A DNA stretch of 64,000 bases from the human T2T-CHM13v2.0 reference genome, Homo sapiens: the NCBI RefSeq assembly GCF_009914755.1, contig NC_060928.1, one strand, 5' to 3'. The position numbers and the translations under genes are program-made. A model generated the notes under the pieces. The model saw nothing but the letters and a program-made list of their open reading frames with translations. It was not told where the DNA came from and did no database searches. Below are positions 62,677 to 64,000 of this stretch, piece after piece. Position 1 is the stretch's first letter. Every line of letters starts with the position of its first letter.

Positions 62677-64000
62677 ATTTTATTTTATTTTGTTTTACTT
62701 TTAATTTTAGGTATACATTTGCAGGTTGATTCTATAGATAAATTGCAAGTTGTGGGGGTTTGGTGTACATGTTGTTTCATCACCTAGATAATAAGCATAG
62801 TATTCAATAGGTATTTTTTTGATCCTCAACCTCCTCCTACCCTTCATCCTCATGTAGGTCTTAGTGTCTGTTGTTCCCTTCTTTGTCTATGTGTACTCAA
62901 CGTTTAGTTCTCACTTATAATAAGAACATGTGATGTTTAGTTTCCTGTTCCTGCTTTAGTTTACTTGGGACAATGGTCTCCAGCTCCATCCATGTTGCTG
63001 CAAAAAACATGATTTCATTCTTTTTTATGGCTACATAGTATTCCATGGTGTATATTTACCACATTTTACTTATCCAGTCTACCATTGATTGGCACCTAAG
63101 TTGATTCCATGTCTTTGTTATGGTGAATAGTGCTGCAGTGAACATACACATTCATGTGTCTTTATGGTAGAATGACTTATATTCCTTTGGGTGTATACCC
63201 AATAATGCATTACTGGGTTGAATGGCAGTTCAGTTTTAGGTTCTTTGGGTAATCTCCAAAATTCCACAATGGCTGAACTAATTTACATCCCCATTAGCAG
63301 TGATTAGTGATCACTAATGATGAGTGATGTTGAACATTTTTTTCATTTGCTTGTTGCCTATTTGAAAAGTGTTCATATCCTTTGCCCACGTTCTAATGGG
63401 TTTGTTTACTTTTTGCTTGTTAAAGTGTGTAAGTTCCTTATAGATTCTGGATATTAGATCTTTGTCAGATGCATAGTTTACAAATATTTTCTCCCATCGC
63501 ATGTGTTGTCCATTTACTGTGTTAATAGTTTTCTTTGCTGTGCAGAAGCTCTTTTGCTTGATTCAGTCGCATTTGTCAATTTTTGGTTTTGTTGCAGTTT
63601 TTTTTGATGTCTTCATCATGAAATATTTGCCAGAGCTTAAGTCTAAAATGGTATTTCCTAGGTTTTCTTCAAGGATTTTATAATTTTAGGTTTTACATTT
63701 GAGTCTTTAATCCATCTTGAGCTGATTTTTTTATATTATGTAAGGAAGTGGTCTAGTTTCAATCTTCTGTATATGACTAGCCAGTTACCATAGCACCATT
63801 TATTAAATAGGGAGTCCTTTCCCCATGCTTGTTTTTGTCAGCTTTGTCAAAGATCAGGTGGTTTCAGGTGTATGGCTTTAAATCTGGGGTCTCTAGTCTG
63901 TTCCATTGGTCTATGTGTCTATTTTGTACTACTACCATGCTGTTTTTATTACTGTAGGCTTGTAACATTGTTTGAAGTCAGATACTGTGATGCCTTCAGC
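62677..64000 (-). mobile_element. Older L1PA (about PA13-PA16) 3' portion, running off the window
   Basis: Antisense 3'UTR plus ORF2 end (ORF 63314-63502 [22 protein letters not shown]). Confidence 0.88.

Overview
This is AT-rich primate (almost certainly human) nuclear DNA, not prokaryotic. The only protein-coding sequence I can support is one 109-nt internal exon on the + strand (55626-55734). It reads [36 protein letters not shown](G), which I recognise as the stem region of GALNTL6 (polypeptide GalNAc-transferase-like 6, 4q34), probably exon 3. The rest is therefore intron, dominated by retroelements: 16 Alus, several L1s, L2/MIR relics, LTRs and hAT DNA transposons. Nearly all ORF-track entries are Alu, L1 or low-complexity artefacts. 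I found no evidence of a new multi-gene system. The most notable structures are: a twin-primed inverted L1 with a nested L1PA2 and an Alu; a CTCF site with its upstream motif; a (TG)8-flanked candidate poison exon; recursive-splice-like sites; a 119-bp tandem duplication with uneven divergence; a ~104-bp dispersed duplication at an LTR breakpoint; a palindromic microsatellite; and a 3'-truncated sense L1. Repeat subfamily calls come from remembered consensus features, not from a search. Boundaries of old elements are approximate.
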